From a virus (Duplodnaviria; Heunggongvirae; Uroviricota; Caudoviricetes), in IMG/VR virus record IMGVR_UViG_2874920711_000009, positions 1 through 44,255 of that record: a DNA stretch of 44,255 bases. The stretch is one strand, 5' to 3'. The notes beneath the pieces were generated by a model. The model made no database searches. It was not told the origin of the DNA and saw nothing but the letters and a program-made list of their open reading frames with translations. The position numbers and the translations under genes were made by a program. This document shows, piece by piece, positions 29,053 to 39,079 of the stretch (its first letter is position 1; every line of letters starts with the position of its first letter).

Positions 29053-30035
29053 TTACTCCTTGTCCATTGCGTACAGCCCATTAACCAGAGCAAACTGTGG
29101 CACCCCGTCCGCGATGAAAGTCGCATTAACTCCGCAGGCTTCGCGGATAGCGGGTGCCACAATCTCCGCTCCTCCACCTACAACCATCACCCGCCCGTAA
29201 CCCGAAAAACCCGCCAGCGCGCGGATCACGCGTTGTTTCAGTGTTTCTTCCTTTTCACGAATAACCGCCATCAGGCTGGCGTAATGTGCGTCATTGTGGA
29301 TGTGCTGGCGCAGCCAGGCTTCATCATGGCGATGTTCGATAATGGTATTGGCGATGTGGTGACTGGTACGCATACCGTTAGTGGCCATCACCGACAGTAC
29401 GGCATCGGCCATCAGGGAAACGCCTACGTGTGGATCGCAAAATACCTGGCTGATACCTGCCAACTGCCCCTGAACCTTTGCCACATCCAGCGTGGTTCCG
29501 CCCAAATCCACAATCAGCAGGGATTCAAACGGACTCATGTCAGCCAGTGTTTTAAAGCCAGTTGGAATGGATTCAGGCATAACCCGTACGTTACGGATAG
29601 TGAATGCTTCGCCGTTCTGGTACTCCACCGGGCGCATAACGTTCGCTTTTTTGCGGTTGATGTTGGCCATGTCCGGCTGTGCGTTTGTGTCGAAATACTC
29701 GCTCAGTGGCAGGGTGACAACCACATCCACCTCCTGTGGCGTGATGCCTGATTTGACCAGCGCGTGATGCCTGATTTGACCAGCGCGTGATGAATGGCAA
29801 TGACATTCACATCGCTGTACTGGTATTGCGTGTCGGTCGTCTGGACAAAGCGATCGCTGACCGGATCAAAACCATAGCGCACGCCATCAAGCATGTAGTT
29901 CGCGGGCTGCGTGCCACCGAACGGCGCAGACCATTCCGACTTGAAGCTGTTCGGGCTGATGGCGTTGCGGCGTTCGCCGTTCTCAGTCCATGCCAGCTTG
30001 ATGTTGGTGGAGCCGTCGTCGATACAAATTTTCAT
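29053..30035 (-). pseudogene. ParM/StbA-family actin-like ATPase, disrupted by a 23-bp tandem duplication
   Basis: MKICIDDGSTNIKLAW...SPNSFK.EW...YSDVNVIAIHHAL and C-terminal LLIVDLGGTTLD, VVGGGAE match ParM; removing one copy of 29741..29763 restores a 319-codon ORF. Confidence 0.75.
29741..29786. repeat. perfect 23-bp tandem duplication (GTGATGCCTGATTTGACCAGCGC x2)
   Basis: Read directly; flanked by GCGTGATG microhomology. Confidence 0.85.
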
Positions 30036-30178
30036 GTCGCTTTTCCTTATGTTGATTAATTAATCGTTTACGGGATTCTGAAATCCCGTTTTTTCCGTAA
30101 GCGCCCCATCAGCGACGTCTTGTGAAAATTGTCCTGTCTGGCAACAATCGCGCCCATCTATATTGATGGACACGAACG

Positions 30179-30781
30179 ATGAATTCCCAGACAACAAAAG
30201 ATATTCCCTGCTTCCGTTCTTATTTGCCTGATGCCCTGCGTTTAAGATTTGAAGATAAACTGACCATCCGGGCCATCGCTCAGCGTCTGGGTCTCAGTCA
30301 TTCCACAATACATACGCTTTTTCAGCGATTTCTTGCATCCGGTATCGCATGGCCATTGCCCGATTCAGTTTCATTCGCTCAACTTGACGCCATCCTTTAT
30401 GCCAACAGAAAGAAGGAATTAACAGAGCCTCAAATCAGAGAAGGCTCATGGCGAAAAGAACGGCGAACCAGCTATAGCCGTGAATTTAAGGTCCGTCTGG
30501 CTAAGCAGGCGTTACAGCCTGGGGCTGTTGTTGCCCGGATCGCCAGAGAACACGATATCAATGATAACCTGCTGTTTAAATGGAAAAGCCAGTACGAGGA
30601 CGGCTTACTGAGCGATGATGACATACAGGAATGCATGCCTGTCCCGGTGGCACTGACTGATACGCCGGAGCCGACCAGACCAGTTACAAATCCCTTCTGG
30701 CGTAACAAGCATGATGAGCGCCCTGAGGGGCTCCCGGAAACGTCCCACGGTGCGAGCTGCATCTTAAATCAGGTGTGGTAA
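30179..30781 (+). CDS. IS66-family TnpA-like protein (HTH)
   Basis: ORF track; 3' end differs from copy B by a G4/G5 homopolymer length. Confidence 0.7.
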   Translation: MNSQTTKDIPCFRSYLPDALRLRFEDKLTIRAIAQRLGLSHSTIHTLFQRFLASGIAWPLPDSVSFAQLDAILYANRKKELTEPQIREGSWRKERRTSYSREFKVRLAKQALQPGAVVARIAREHDINDNLLFKWKSQYEDGLLSDDDIQECMPVPVALTDTPEPTRPVTNPFWRNKHDERPEGLPETSHGASCILNQVW

Positions 30782-30847
30782 AACTGTTTGACCCTCTCAC
30801 TCCGGAACTGTTACGGGCGCTAATCCGCGAAATGAAAGGGGTATCCG

Positions 30848-31195
30848 ATGATAACGCTGCCGACCGGTACCAGAATCTGGATCATCGCTGGCATCACAGA
30901 TATGCGTTGTGGCTTCAATGGCCTGGCTTCGAAGGTGCAGAACACGCTGAAAGATGACCCGTTCTCCGGGCATATCTTCGTCTTCCGGGGCCGCAGTGGC
31001 AAAATGGTGAAAATACTGTGGGCCGATCGTGACGGGTTATGCCTGTTCGCCAAACGCCTGGAACGGGGCCGCTTCGTCTGGCCGGTGACCCGGGAAGGGA
31101 AAGTGCACCTGACGCCAGCTCAGTTATCCATGCTACTGGAGGGGATCGCGTGGCAACATCCCAAACGGACAGAACGGCCTGGCATCCGGATATAA
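30848..31195 (+). CDS. IS66-family TnpB
   Basis: 115-aa ORF typical of IS66 orf2. Confidence 0.8.
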   Translation: MITLPTGTRIWIIAGITDMRCGFNGLASKVQNTLKDDPFSGHIFVFRGRSGKMVKILWADRDGLCLFAKRLERGRFVWPVTREGKVHLTPAQLSMLLEGIAWQHPKRTERPGIRI

Positions 31196-31214
31196 CCCGT
31201 GATAAAACAAGGGA

Positions 31215-32770
31215 ATGAACAATGAACTCCCCGATGATATTGAGCTGCTTAAAGCCATGTTGCGTAAGCAACAGAGTCGGCTTCGACAGTATGCCTGTCA
31301 GGTCGCGGGCTATGAGCAGGAAATTGAACGGCTGAAAGCGCAACTCGACAGGTTGCGTCGTATGTTGTTCGGCCAGAGTTCAGAGAAAAAGCGTCATAAG
31401 CTTGAAAATCAGATCCGACAGGCAGAAAAACGACTGTCGGAACTGGAAAACCGGCTGAACACAGCCAGAAATCTTCTGGAAGATGCATCGTCAGTCACAG
31501 ATTCACCTGACACCAGTCCCCCGTCAGAAAACCCGATCGCCAGTAAGCCTGAATCCCCGGGAGACACATCGCCTTCTGCCTGCTGAAACCAGTTGCCCGG
31601 CCTGTGGAGGTGTTCTGAAAGAAATGGGGAAACAATCTCAGAGCAACTGGATATCATTAATACCGCCTTTAAAGTTATCGAAACCATACGTCCCAAACTG
31701 GCCTGTAGCCGGTGTGATGTCATCGTTCAGGCACCACTTCCCCCTAAACCGATCGAACGCGGTTATGCCAGTGCAGGGTTACTTGCACGGATCCTGGTCA
31801 GCAAATATATGGAACATATCCCTTTATATCGCCAGTCAGAAATATACGCGCGACAGGGCGTGGAGCTGAGCCGTAATACCATGGTGCGCTGGGTATCAGA
31901 AATGGCAGACAAACTCCGTCCTCTGTATATAGCGCTGAATGACTATGTTCTGGAGGCAGGAAAGGTGCACGCAGATGACACTCCGGTGAAAGTACTGGCC
32001 CGGGGAACGGAAAGACGAAAACGGGTCGTCTGTGGGTATACGTCAGGGATGATCGTAATGCGGGTTCATCCCTGCCGGCAGCCGTCTGGTTCGCGTATTC
32101 GGCAGATCGCAAAGGAGAACATCCGCAGCTCCACCTGGCAAAGTATCAGGGCGTACTGCAGGCTGATGCCTATGCAGGTTATAACGTACTGTACGAAACG
32201 GGCCGGGTGAAGGAAGCCGGGTGCCTGGCCCACGCCCGCCGAAAAATCCATGACGAGGATGTGCGCCGTCCGACAGAAATGACTCAGGAAGCGCTCAGAC
32301 GGATAGCAGAGTTATACGACATAGAAGCGGAGATACGTGGCAGTCCGGCAGAGGAACGGCTTGCAGTCAGAAAAGCCAGAAGCGTCCAGTTGATGCAGTC
32401 GTTGTACGACTGGATACAGTTGCAGAGGAAAACGCTGTCGAAATATGCGGAGATGGCGAAGGCGTTCGACTATATCCTGAATCACTGGAATGCGCTGAAC
32501 GAGTTCTGTCGTGACGGCTGGGTGGAAATAGACAACAACATCGGTGAAAACGCGTTACGATCGGTGGCGGTTGGAAGAAAAAATTATCTCTTTTTCGGCT
32601 CAGACAAGGGAGGAGAAAGTGCGGCGATCATCTACAGTCTGCTGGTCACCTGCAAACAGAACGAAGTGGAGCCGGAGGACTGGTTGCGCGAAGTGATCGA
32701 GAAGCTCAATGACTGGCCGTCGAACCAAGTGCATGAACTGCTGCCCTGGAACTTCTCGTCTGTAAAATAA
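31215..32770 (+). pseudogene. IS66-family transposase TnpC, frame breaks at homopolymer runs
   Basis: Fragments 31215..31586, 31593..32210, 32207..32770; copy B has the corresponding 504-aa ORF intact. Confidence 0.8.
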
Positions 32771-32798
32771 TCCTTACGCTACGTACTTCTCGGGGCGC

Positions 32799-35090
32799 TT
32801 ACTTATCAGGCAAAGGCCGCTGCTGTTTGCGGCTCTGTGTCCAGCTCTGCATTTCATCACTGCTGTTTTTTGCCTGTTTGTCACGAAGCGAACGCATCAG
32901 CGCCCGGCGTTCGTGCCGTTTCAGTGAGCGCATCCATTCGTTCACTTCAACGCCGTCAGGGAGCTGCGGCCACGGTGCTGGCCGTTCTTTCGGCTGTTCT
33001 GTCCCGTTGTTGTCCGTTTCCTGTACACGGGGACAGTTATTGCCACGAGTCCAAGGGGCGGCAGGGCCGCCCTGAAGGTCAAAACCATTTTCGCGGGTGC
33101 TGTCCTCCGCTTCCGGTTTACGTCTTACCAGCTTCCAGTTATCCGGATGCGTGCACACACGGGAGGATTCCCCGATGAATGGCGACCAGATCCCGTAAAT
33201 CTGTACACTCTGTTCGCCGTAATCGTTCAGCTCATCTGCGAGGTCGTAGGCTGTGCGAATCAGGTAGTCCTTGCGCGGAACAAGTACGCCACCCTGTTTT
33301 TCAATGTAGGTGGCAAAACACCCGGCATCAGCGGCAGCAAGAACCGCATCCATTGCGTCATCCTTCAGCCGTTGCGGGCCTTCTGGGTTGCGTGCTATCT
33401 GGCTGGCAAGGCGGCGGAGTTCACGCCACACCTGACGGGAGGGGATGCCAAAGAACTGGAACTGGCGGACCCGGTGAAGGCGCGCCCAGCCGATGGCGCG
33501 CTCCACGCTCTCGGCCATTGATTTACCTGTTTCGTGGTCAACGCGTGGCTTGCCCGTTTTCGGGTCGATGCCATCCACGGCGCGGCTGTCCAGGTTCTTT
33601 CCGATGTAGGTGGCGATGTAGCTGGTTGGCGTGCCTTTTGAGCCGTCGACGTACTCCGCCTTAAAGCGTGGGGTAATATCATCACCCAGCTCGTGACGAT
33701 CTTCCTGAATGGCAATATCGCGGGTGTGGGACACAATGGTGTCGATTTCTTCCGGATGAGCAAAGACCATCATATGCCAGTGCACGGTGCCGTCATGGTG
33801 AGGCTCCACCGTGCGGATGCCATACCAGCGCAGGCCGTCGCGGTTCAGTTTCTTGCGGACCGCTGCAAAAAACGTGTTAACCAGGTAATCGCTGGAGTCG
33901 CGCATGGTGGCCCCGTTCCATTTGGGATTCGGATGACTGTTCTCTGTTGTGGCGTGGTATTTTGACGGGCAGGTGACAGTCAGAAACACCGCTTTGTCGC
34001 CACGGGCTTCGGCCAGAAGTTCCAGCCCCTTCATGGTGGCCATCATTTCTGCCTTACGGTGAACCGGGTTACTTACTCCCGCGTAATACACTGTCTCGAG
34101 ATCAATCGTGAACCCGTCTTCGTTTTCCAGCATGAAACTTTTCAGGAAATCGCGTGTTTTCTCGCGCTGTGCGCGAAACTCGCTTAACGCGTCCTGGCTC
34201 AGATAGGGTGATGTTTTTCTGGAAACCAGACAGGCGGCGCGGAGTTGTTCTTCTCTCCACTCGCAACGTAACAGCCACAGTTTGCGTTTCCACCATTCCG
34301 CACAGGTCAGGCGAAGGATTGCGCCCGGCAGCAGCTCCGTGTCCGGTTCGTTCCTCCGGTCTTTGTCTGTTGTCAGTGCGTCATAATGTGGAGGCATGGC
34401 GTGCAGGTGTAACGCCATGCGGGCCAGCATCTGATACGCCTTCAGCGTTACATCCATGGTCAGTTCGCCATCGGTCGCGCCAAAGCCATCGCAGAGTTTT
34501 TCGAAGGTGCTGCTGAACATCGCCGCCGTCATGGTGGCCAGCGTCTGTATCTGGTGTTTGTTGAGCTGCGGCAGGTAAAGCAAATCGTCCAGGCGTTCGC
34601 GTCCGGCAAGGGAGCGATAACCCGGTGTCAGCCAGTGTCCGTCAGTGCGATCCAGACGTTCGAATATTTTGCGCAGGGTTCCGCGTGCATAGCGTTCCGC
34701 CTGCCAGCTCTTTTTGCCTTTCCGGCGATCGGCTTCCTGTTTTTTGCGCAGGAAGGAGAGGTGGCGAATAAGCGGATCGCGCAGATAGGACGGCAGCAGG
34801 TGCAGCGAGGCCATGGCTTCATCCACCGCGCCGCGTGCCTGTTTTCTGGCGTCTCCTGCCAGTGTGATGGTTTTGTCCTGTTTTTCCTGTGCGTCCAGGC
34901 TTTTATTAATCAGGTTGCCCAGCGGCGTGGCGGAGAACGCCGCATTAGCCATTTCCTGGCGGCGCTCGTTCTCTACCCGGTAGGCATCCAGCCAGGAGGA
35001 AAGCACGGATTCAGGAGCGGGGATCCCCGTTCCTTCACGCCCCACTGCGTGGCGCGGTTGTTGCCAGTCCCTGATGTACTCTGCCGTCAT
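32799..35090 (-). CDS. A: rolling-circle replication initiation protein gpA
   Basis: 763-aa ORF of gpA size and character; stop codon TAA is formed by the IS66 terminus (G-TAA-GCG). Confidence 0.85.
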   Translation of the reverse strand: MTAEYIRDWQQPRHAVGREGTGIPAPESVLSSWLDAYRVENERRQEMANAAFSATPLGNLINKSLDAQEKQDKTITLAGDARKQARGAVDEAMASLHLLPSYLRDPLIRHLSFLRKKQEADRRKGKKSWQAERYARGTLRKIFERLDRTDGHWLTPGYRSLAGRERLDDLLYLPQLNKHQIQTLATMTAAMFSSTFEKLCDGFGATDGELTMDVTLKAYQMLARMALHLHAMPPHYDALTTDKDRRNEPDTELLPGAILRLTCAEWWKRKLWLLRCEWREEQLRAACLVSRKTSPYLSQDALSEFRAQREKTRDFLKSFMLENEDGFTIDLETVYYAGVSNPVHRKAEMMATMKGLELLAEARGDKAVFLTVTCPSKYHATTENSHPNPKWNGATMRDSSDYLVNTFFAAVRKKLNRDGLRWYGIRTVEPHHDGTVHWHMMVFAHPEEIDTIVSHTRDIAIQEDRHELGDDITPRFKAEYVDGSKGTPTSYIATYIGKNLDSRAVDGIDPKTGKPRVDHETGKSMAESVERAIGWARLHRVRQFQFFGIPSRQVWRELRRLASQIARNPEGPQRLKDDAMDAVLAAADAGCFATYIEKQGGVLVPRKDYLIRTAYDLADELNDYGEQSVQIYGIWSPFIGESSRVCTHPDNWKLVRRKPEAEDSTRENGFDLQGGPAAPWTRGNNCPRVQETDNNGTEQPKERPAPWPQLPDGVEVNEWMRSLKRHERRALMRSLRDKQAKNSSDEMQSWTQSRKQQRPLPDK

Positions 35091-35096
35091 AGTGAT

Positions 35097-35462
35097 TTAC
35101 TTCGTCATGCCATTCAGGGTGTCGCGGCAGACTGTAGCCAGCCGCTGAATTTCCAGCACGGTGTCTTCTGTGTCGGCATGGCGATGTGTGATGCGGATGC
35201 TGTCGGCAATCACATCGACGATTGCAGAGGATGGGCGCTGGTAAATGCCAATAACGGACGGGGTGCCACCTTCAATGCGGTAAAGCCTGTAATTTCCCTC
35301 GTGGCTGTCAATCATGTAGCGACCATCAATAACAATCTTTCCGTCAGCGAGCTGCGGTACAGGCAGGGATTTCAGGTACATGTCATAACGATCACGCACG
35401 CGAGCGGCAAGATCACGCTCTGTGTTGAGCAGGTATTCAAGAAAGTCGTTGGCGAGAATCAT
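35097..35462 (-). CDS. hypothetical early-region protein (121 aa)
   Basis: ORF track; immediately upstream of A. Confidence 0.5.
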   Translation of the reverse strand: MILANDFLEYLLNTERDLAARVRDRYDMYLKSLPVPQLADGKIVIDGRYMIDSHEGNYRLYRIEGGTPSVIGIYQRPSSAIVDVIADSIRITHRHADTEDTVLEIQRLATVCRDTLNGMTK

Positions 35463-35534
35463 TGCGGCAATCCTCTTGTTACAGATGTGCGAAGGCCTCC
35501 CGCCGCAAGGTGCAGGAAAGGCCCGGAACAGGAA

Positions 35535-35765
35535 TTAATGGAGTTTGTTTTGCTGCTGGATGAGCTGTTGAAGCTCGTGCAGATCATCCGCCAGATAGCT
35601 GAAAACAGAGGCGGAATAAATGTTTGATAGTGCGTGGCTGCGCTCATGCAACATATTGATGTGCATGATTTGCGCGACGCGTGATGCGCGGGAAAGTCTG
35701 CGGTTGATTTCAGTCTGGATGTGACGACGCTCCGCGATAGCGCGGTGTGGTTTGCGGTTTGCCAT
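35535..35765 (-). CDS. hypothetical early-region protein (76 aa)
   Basis: ORF track. Confidence 0.5.
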   Translation of the reverse strand: MANRKPHRAIAERRHIQTEINRRLSRASRVAQIMHINMLHERSHALSNIYSASVFSYLADDLHELQQLIQQQNKLH

Positions 35766-36087
35766 GGTGTGGCCCCTTGTGTAGTAAGTTGTGAAAACTC
35801 ACCATCCAGAGCTGCGAAACTGTGGGTGGCGAGACGTACGAGGTTCGCAGTACCGGCTACACAAGAACCCGGCCCGACCGAAGTCGGCCCCGTACGCCCC
35901 GCCATAATTCTGACGCGAAAAAAACGTAGCAATACAGTACGCACAAAAAAACCGCTGGCGCGGTTGTGCGCTTGTGTAGTCAGCAGGCTGCGAAACCCGG
36001 CACCCGTTTTGTGAGGTGCAGCGGAAATGTAACCTGACTGATTGCGGCATGGCAAGCGGTTTTTTTGTGTGTGCATGTTCTGGTTTC

Positions 36088-36387
36088 TTAGTGGTTCAGA
36101 AAAAAATCAAAAACCTTGTCAATGCGTTGCAGCAGCTCTTGCTGTATTGCTTCCGGCGTTTCCGGTTCGCCTGGCGCCTCCAACGTCGCGCAGAAATCCT
36201 CGATTTCATGACGGAGCGTCAGGCGAATGGCGAGAGGTGTGGTTCTGGCGTGCTCCAGCTCATCCAGCAGCGCCAGCACAGCAGACGGCGAGAGCATTGC
36301 GCGAAACGCCAGTAATTTTTGAGGCGTTGCCATTCGTTGCAGGTCAGTCGCCAGTTCGCGTAATTCCTGGTGGTTGATGGCGCTCAT
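36088..36387 (-). CDS. hypothetical early-region protein (99 aa)
   Basis: ORF track; overlaps next gene by 4 bp. Confidence 0.5.
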   Translation of the reverse strand: MSAINHQELRELATDLQRMATPQKLLAFRAMLSPSAVLALLDELEHARTTPLAIRLTLRHEIEDFCATLEAPGEPETPEAIQQELLQRIDKVFDFFLNH

Positions 36388-36629
36388 GCTCTGGCTTCCT
36401 TCAGTAGCTGGTTAAACGTGTTGGTAAGTGGATTGCCGCACCCGAACGGCATCGGGTTTATCTGGTAAGAAAAGCGACCGCCTGTTTTGCGCTCTTTTCT
36501 TATGACTGAACCACTGCGCCAGAGTCGGCGTAACTCCGCATTAATGGCTGTGGTTGGGGTATTCAGTGCTGCGGCGATTTCTCCACCGCTACACCCCGGA
36601 TTGGCGGCGATATAGTCCAGAATGGTCAT
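36384..36629 (-). CDS. putative winged-helix DNA-binding protein (81 aa)
   Basis: MTILDYIAANPGCSGGEIAAALNTPTTAINAELRRLWRSGSV has HTH character. Confidence 0.5.
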   Translation of the reverse strand: MTILDYIAANPGCSGGEIAAALNTPTTAINAELRRLWRSGSVIRKERKTGGRFSYQINPMPFGCGNPLTNTFNQLLKEARA

Positions 36630-36829
36630 CTGCGTGACTCCTGTACCTGTCGGATAAGGTTCACCCGCACCACATTCGTGGCGCAGAAGTAAGTGCCGTC
36701 AGTGAGATAGATGTGATGTGCATCCTTTTCTGAACGGTGTTTGTCGATTGTGGTAATCAGGCGTTCGTCGACTTCGTATTCACGCCCTCTGGAGGTAAAA
36801 CGAACGACAGGAAAATGCTTAATTGCCAT
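36626..36829 (-). CDS. hypothetical protein (67 aa)
   Basis: ORF track; overlapping start/stop with neighbours. Confidence 0.45.
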   Translation of the reverse strand: MAIKHFPVVRFTSRGREYEVDERLITTIDKHRSEKDAHHIYLTDGTYFCATNVVRVNLIRQVQESRR

Positions 36830-36915
36830 TACGCCTCCTTGGCGTGTGCGAATACCTCCGCGAATGCGGATTGTTTTTACATTTTCTTATTTAATCTGTG
36901 GTTTTATTTGCTCTG

Positions 36916-37029
36916 TTATTCGCCAGTGAAAAAGCGTTCAATCTTTTTTATTGAATGAATAATTCGCATAATCCCAATAGCGCAGGCCACCGAAATAATC
37001 AGAACAAGCCATGAGATAAATATACTCAT
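36916..37029 (-). CDS. small hydrophobic peptide (35 aa), single TM
   Basis: Hand translation MSIFISWLVLIISVACAIGIMRIIHSIKKIERFFTGE; ATG overlaps stop of upstream gene (ATGA). Confidence 0.3.
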   Translation of the reverse strand: MSIFISWLVLIISVACAIGIMRIIHSIKKIERFFTGE

Positions 37030-37271
37030 GCGATATTCCCCAGCTTATACGGTTCAATATGTTCCCCGCATTCTGCGGCACAGATCAGCTCGGAAAGTTC
37101 GTTAAGTGCATCCAGATCATCAGCGTAAAAAGCCACGTCATACAGACTTCGGATTGCTCTGGTCAATGAGTCACGGGCCGCACGTTCAGCATGAGCGCCT
37201 GATGCACTTAAGCGAAAATAAAAACGCTCAAGTGCTTTGTTAATGAGAGTTTTATATTCTTTGCCCATCAC
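37026..37271 (-). CDS. hypothetical protein (81 aa)
   Basis: ORF track. Confidence 0.45.
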   Translation of the reverse strand: MMGKEYKTLINKALERFYFRLSASGAHAERAARDSLTRAIRSLYDVAFYADDLDALNELSELICAAECGEHIEPYKLGNIA

Positions 37272-37279
37272 AACGCCCT

Positions 37280-37567
37280 TTAATCTGCTTTCTGTATTTC
37301 AGCTTCTGAATCCATACAAATAATTTCGATATAGGGTTCATCGCCATTAACCTGGCGTGCCTTTTCAGCTTCGCTAATGATTTTTCGTACGGTCTGGTAC
37401 GGAAGTTCCACAAGCAGTCGCGTGCCGTTCAGATAAACGTAAGTGGCTTCGTCGGCTCCGTTTTTACCCGCCGGAGTCACTCCGTCAATAGCGGATGCAC
37501 GTAATAACAGTTCACCGCGAAAATCAATAAAACGGATAAATACACCTTGTGCATGGTCTTTGGTCAT
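37280..37567 (-). CDS. hypothetical protein; probable start ATG 37567
   Basis: ORF track frame 37280..37681 overlaps the upstream gene; internal Met at 37567 follows its stop by 10 nt. Confidence 0.4.
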   Translation of the reverse strand: MTKDHAQGVFIRFIDFRGELLLRASAIDGVTPAGKNGADEATYVYLNGTRLLVELPYQTVRKIISEAEKARQVNGDEPYIEIICMDSEAEIQKAD

Positions 37568-37577
37568 AAAGCACCTG

Positions 37578-37919
37578 TTATAAATCAGCCTGTTTAATAA
37601 AACTTTGCCCGCGAAGCAGACGATCAACCGTGCGAAGTGCTTCGTATAATGTGAAATCCTGCCCGAACTGATTGTCGCCACAGCTTAGAGCAAAAATGCG
37701 GTTTCCGGTAAACGGATTGCGTGGGCATTTGTGGATCACGATTCCAGCTTTCTCAATCAGCCAGGCATGCTCGCCGATTTGTTTTACTGGGTAGCCATCC
37801 GGCGTTGCGCGTGTATCACTCAGGCTGTAGCGGATGTTGCTGCGTGATGCACTGGTAGCAAAACGGTTAGCGTGGCGTTCTGCACCATTGCGAAAGCGTG
37901 AATTACGTTGCTGTTTCAT
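37578..37919 (-). CDS. hypothetical protein (113 aa)
   Basis: ORF track. Confidence 0.45.
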   Translation of the reverse strand: MKQQRNSRFRNGAERHANRFATSASRSNIRYSLSDTRATPDGYPVKQIGEHAWLIEKAGIVIHKCPRNPFTGNRIFALSCGDNQFGQDFTLYEALRTVDRLLRGQSFIKQADL

Positions 37920-38173
37920 GTTAAAGACTCTGTACAGATTTAATTATTCCGGCATAGAGGCCGAACTCAAAATATTTGCGATTAAATCGCATCGCATTGT
38001 TTTCACGTTTTGCGGACTGCTGGTTCATTTTCGTTTGCCTCCGCACATGAGAATTGCGCCGCTTAAGAGGTAACCGAAGTTAATTGATAGTATTACAATT
38101 AACATAAGGTCCAATTTGTCCATGCCACACATAATTACCCTCATTGCAGTAGTTGTGGGTTGTGGATTTGCCC

Positions 38174-39079
38174 CTATATTTCCAGACATCTGTTATCACT
38201 TAACCCATTACAAGCCCGCTGCCGCAGATATTCCCGTGGCGAGCGATAACCCAGCGCACTATGCGGATGCCATTCGTTATAATGCTCGAACGCCTCTGCA
38301 AGGTTCTTTGCTGCCGTTAACCCGTCTGGTTTGGGCATGATACTGATGTAGTCACGCTTTATCGTTTTCACGAAGCTCTCTGCTATTCCGTTACTCTCCG
38401 GACTCCGCACCGCCGTGTTCTTCGGTTCAAGTCCCAACATCCGGGCGAACTGGCGTGTTTCATTAGCCCGGTAGCATGAACCATTATCCGTCAGCCACTC
38501 CACTGGAGACGACGGAAGATCGTTGCCGAAGCGGCGTTCCACCGCTCCCAGCATGACGTCCTGTACTGTTTCACTGTTGAAGCCGCCGGTAGTCACCGCC
38601 CAGTGCAGTGCCTCACGATCACAGCAGTCCAGCGCGAACGTGACACGCAGTCTCTCTCCGTTATCACAGCAGAACTCGAACCCGTCAGAGCACCATCGCT
38701 GATTGCTTTCTTTCACGGCCACTCTGCCTGTATGTGCCCGTTTCGATGGCGGTACAGCAGGTTTTCGCTCAAGCAACAGCGCATTCTGGCGCATGATCCG
38801 GTAAACACGTTTGGCATTAATCGCAGGCATACCATCAAGTTCTGCCTGTCTGCGAAGCAGCGCCCATACCCGACGATAACCATACGTGGGCAGCTCTCCG
38901 ATAACATGGTGTATACGGAGAAGCACATCCGTATCATCAGTGTGACGACTGCGGCGGCCATCCATCCAGTCATCGGTTCGTCTGAGAATGACGTGCAACT
39001 GCGCACGCGACACCCGGAGACAACGGCTGACTAAGCTTACTCTCCATCCCCGGGCAATAAGGGCGCGTGCGCTATCCAC
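38174..39079 (-). CDS. insD: IS2 transposase OrfB
   Basis: 301-aa IS3-family transposase with DDE region. Confidence 0.9.

Larger units (their letters stand above)
30097..32802 (+). mobile_element. IS66-family insertion sequence, copy A (2706 bp), no target-site duplication
   Basis: Ends GTAAGCGCCCC...GGGGCGCTTAC; three-ORF IS66 layout; flanks TTTTTTCC vs TTATCAGG differ. Confidence 0.8.

Noticed and set aside
30071-30094. Hairpin CGGGATT-CTGA-AATCCCG plus T6 just upstream of parM, read as a parC centromere
   Set aside because: A single hairpin with a T-run looks more like a plus-strand terminator than an iteron array; any centromere was probably removed by the adjacent IS66 copy A
35459-36076. 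205-aa minus-strand ORF spanning the 35766..36087 gap
   Set aside because: Overlaps a better-supported gene in another frame, has no RBS and an implausible composition; region treated as non-coding
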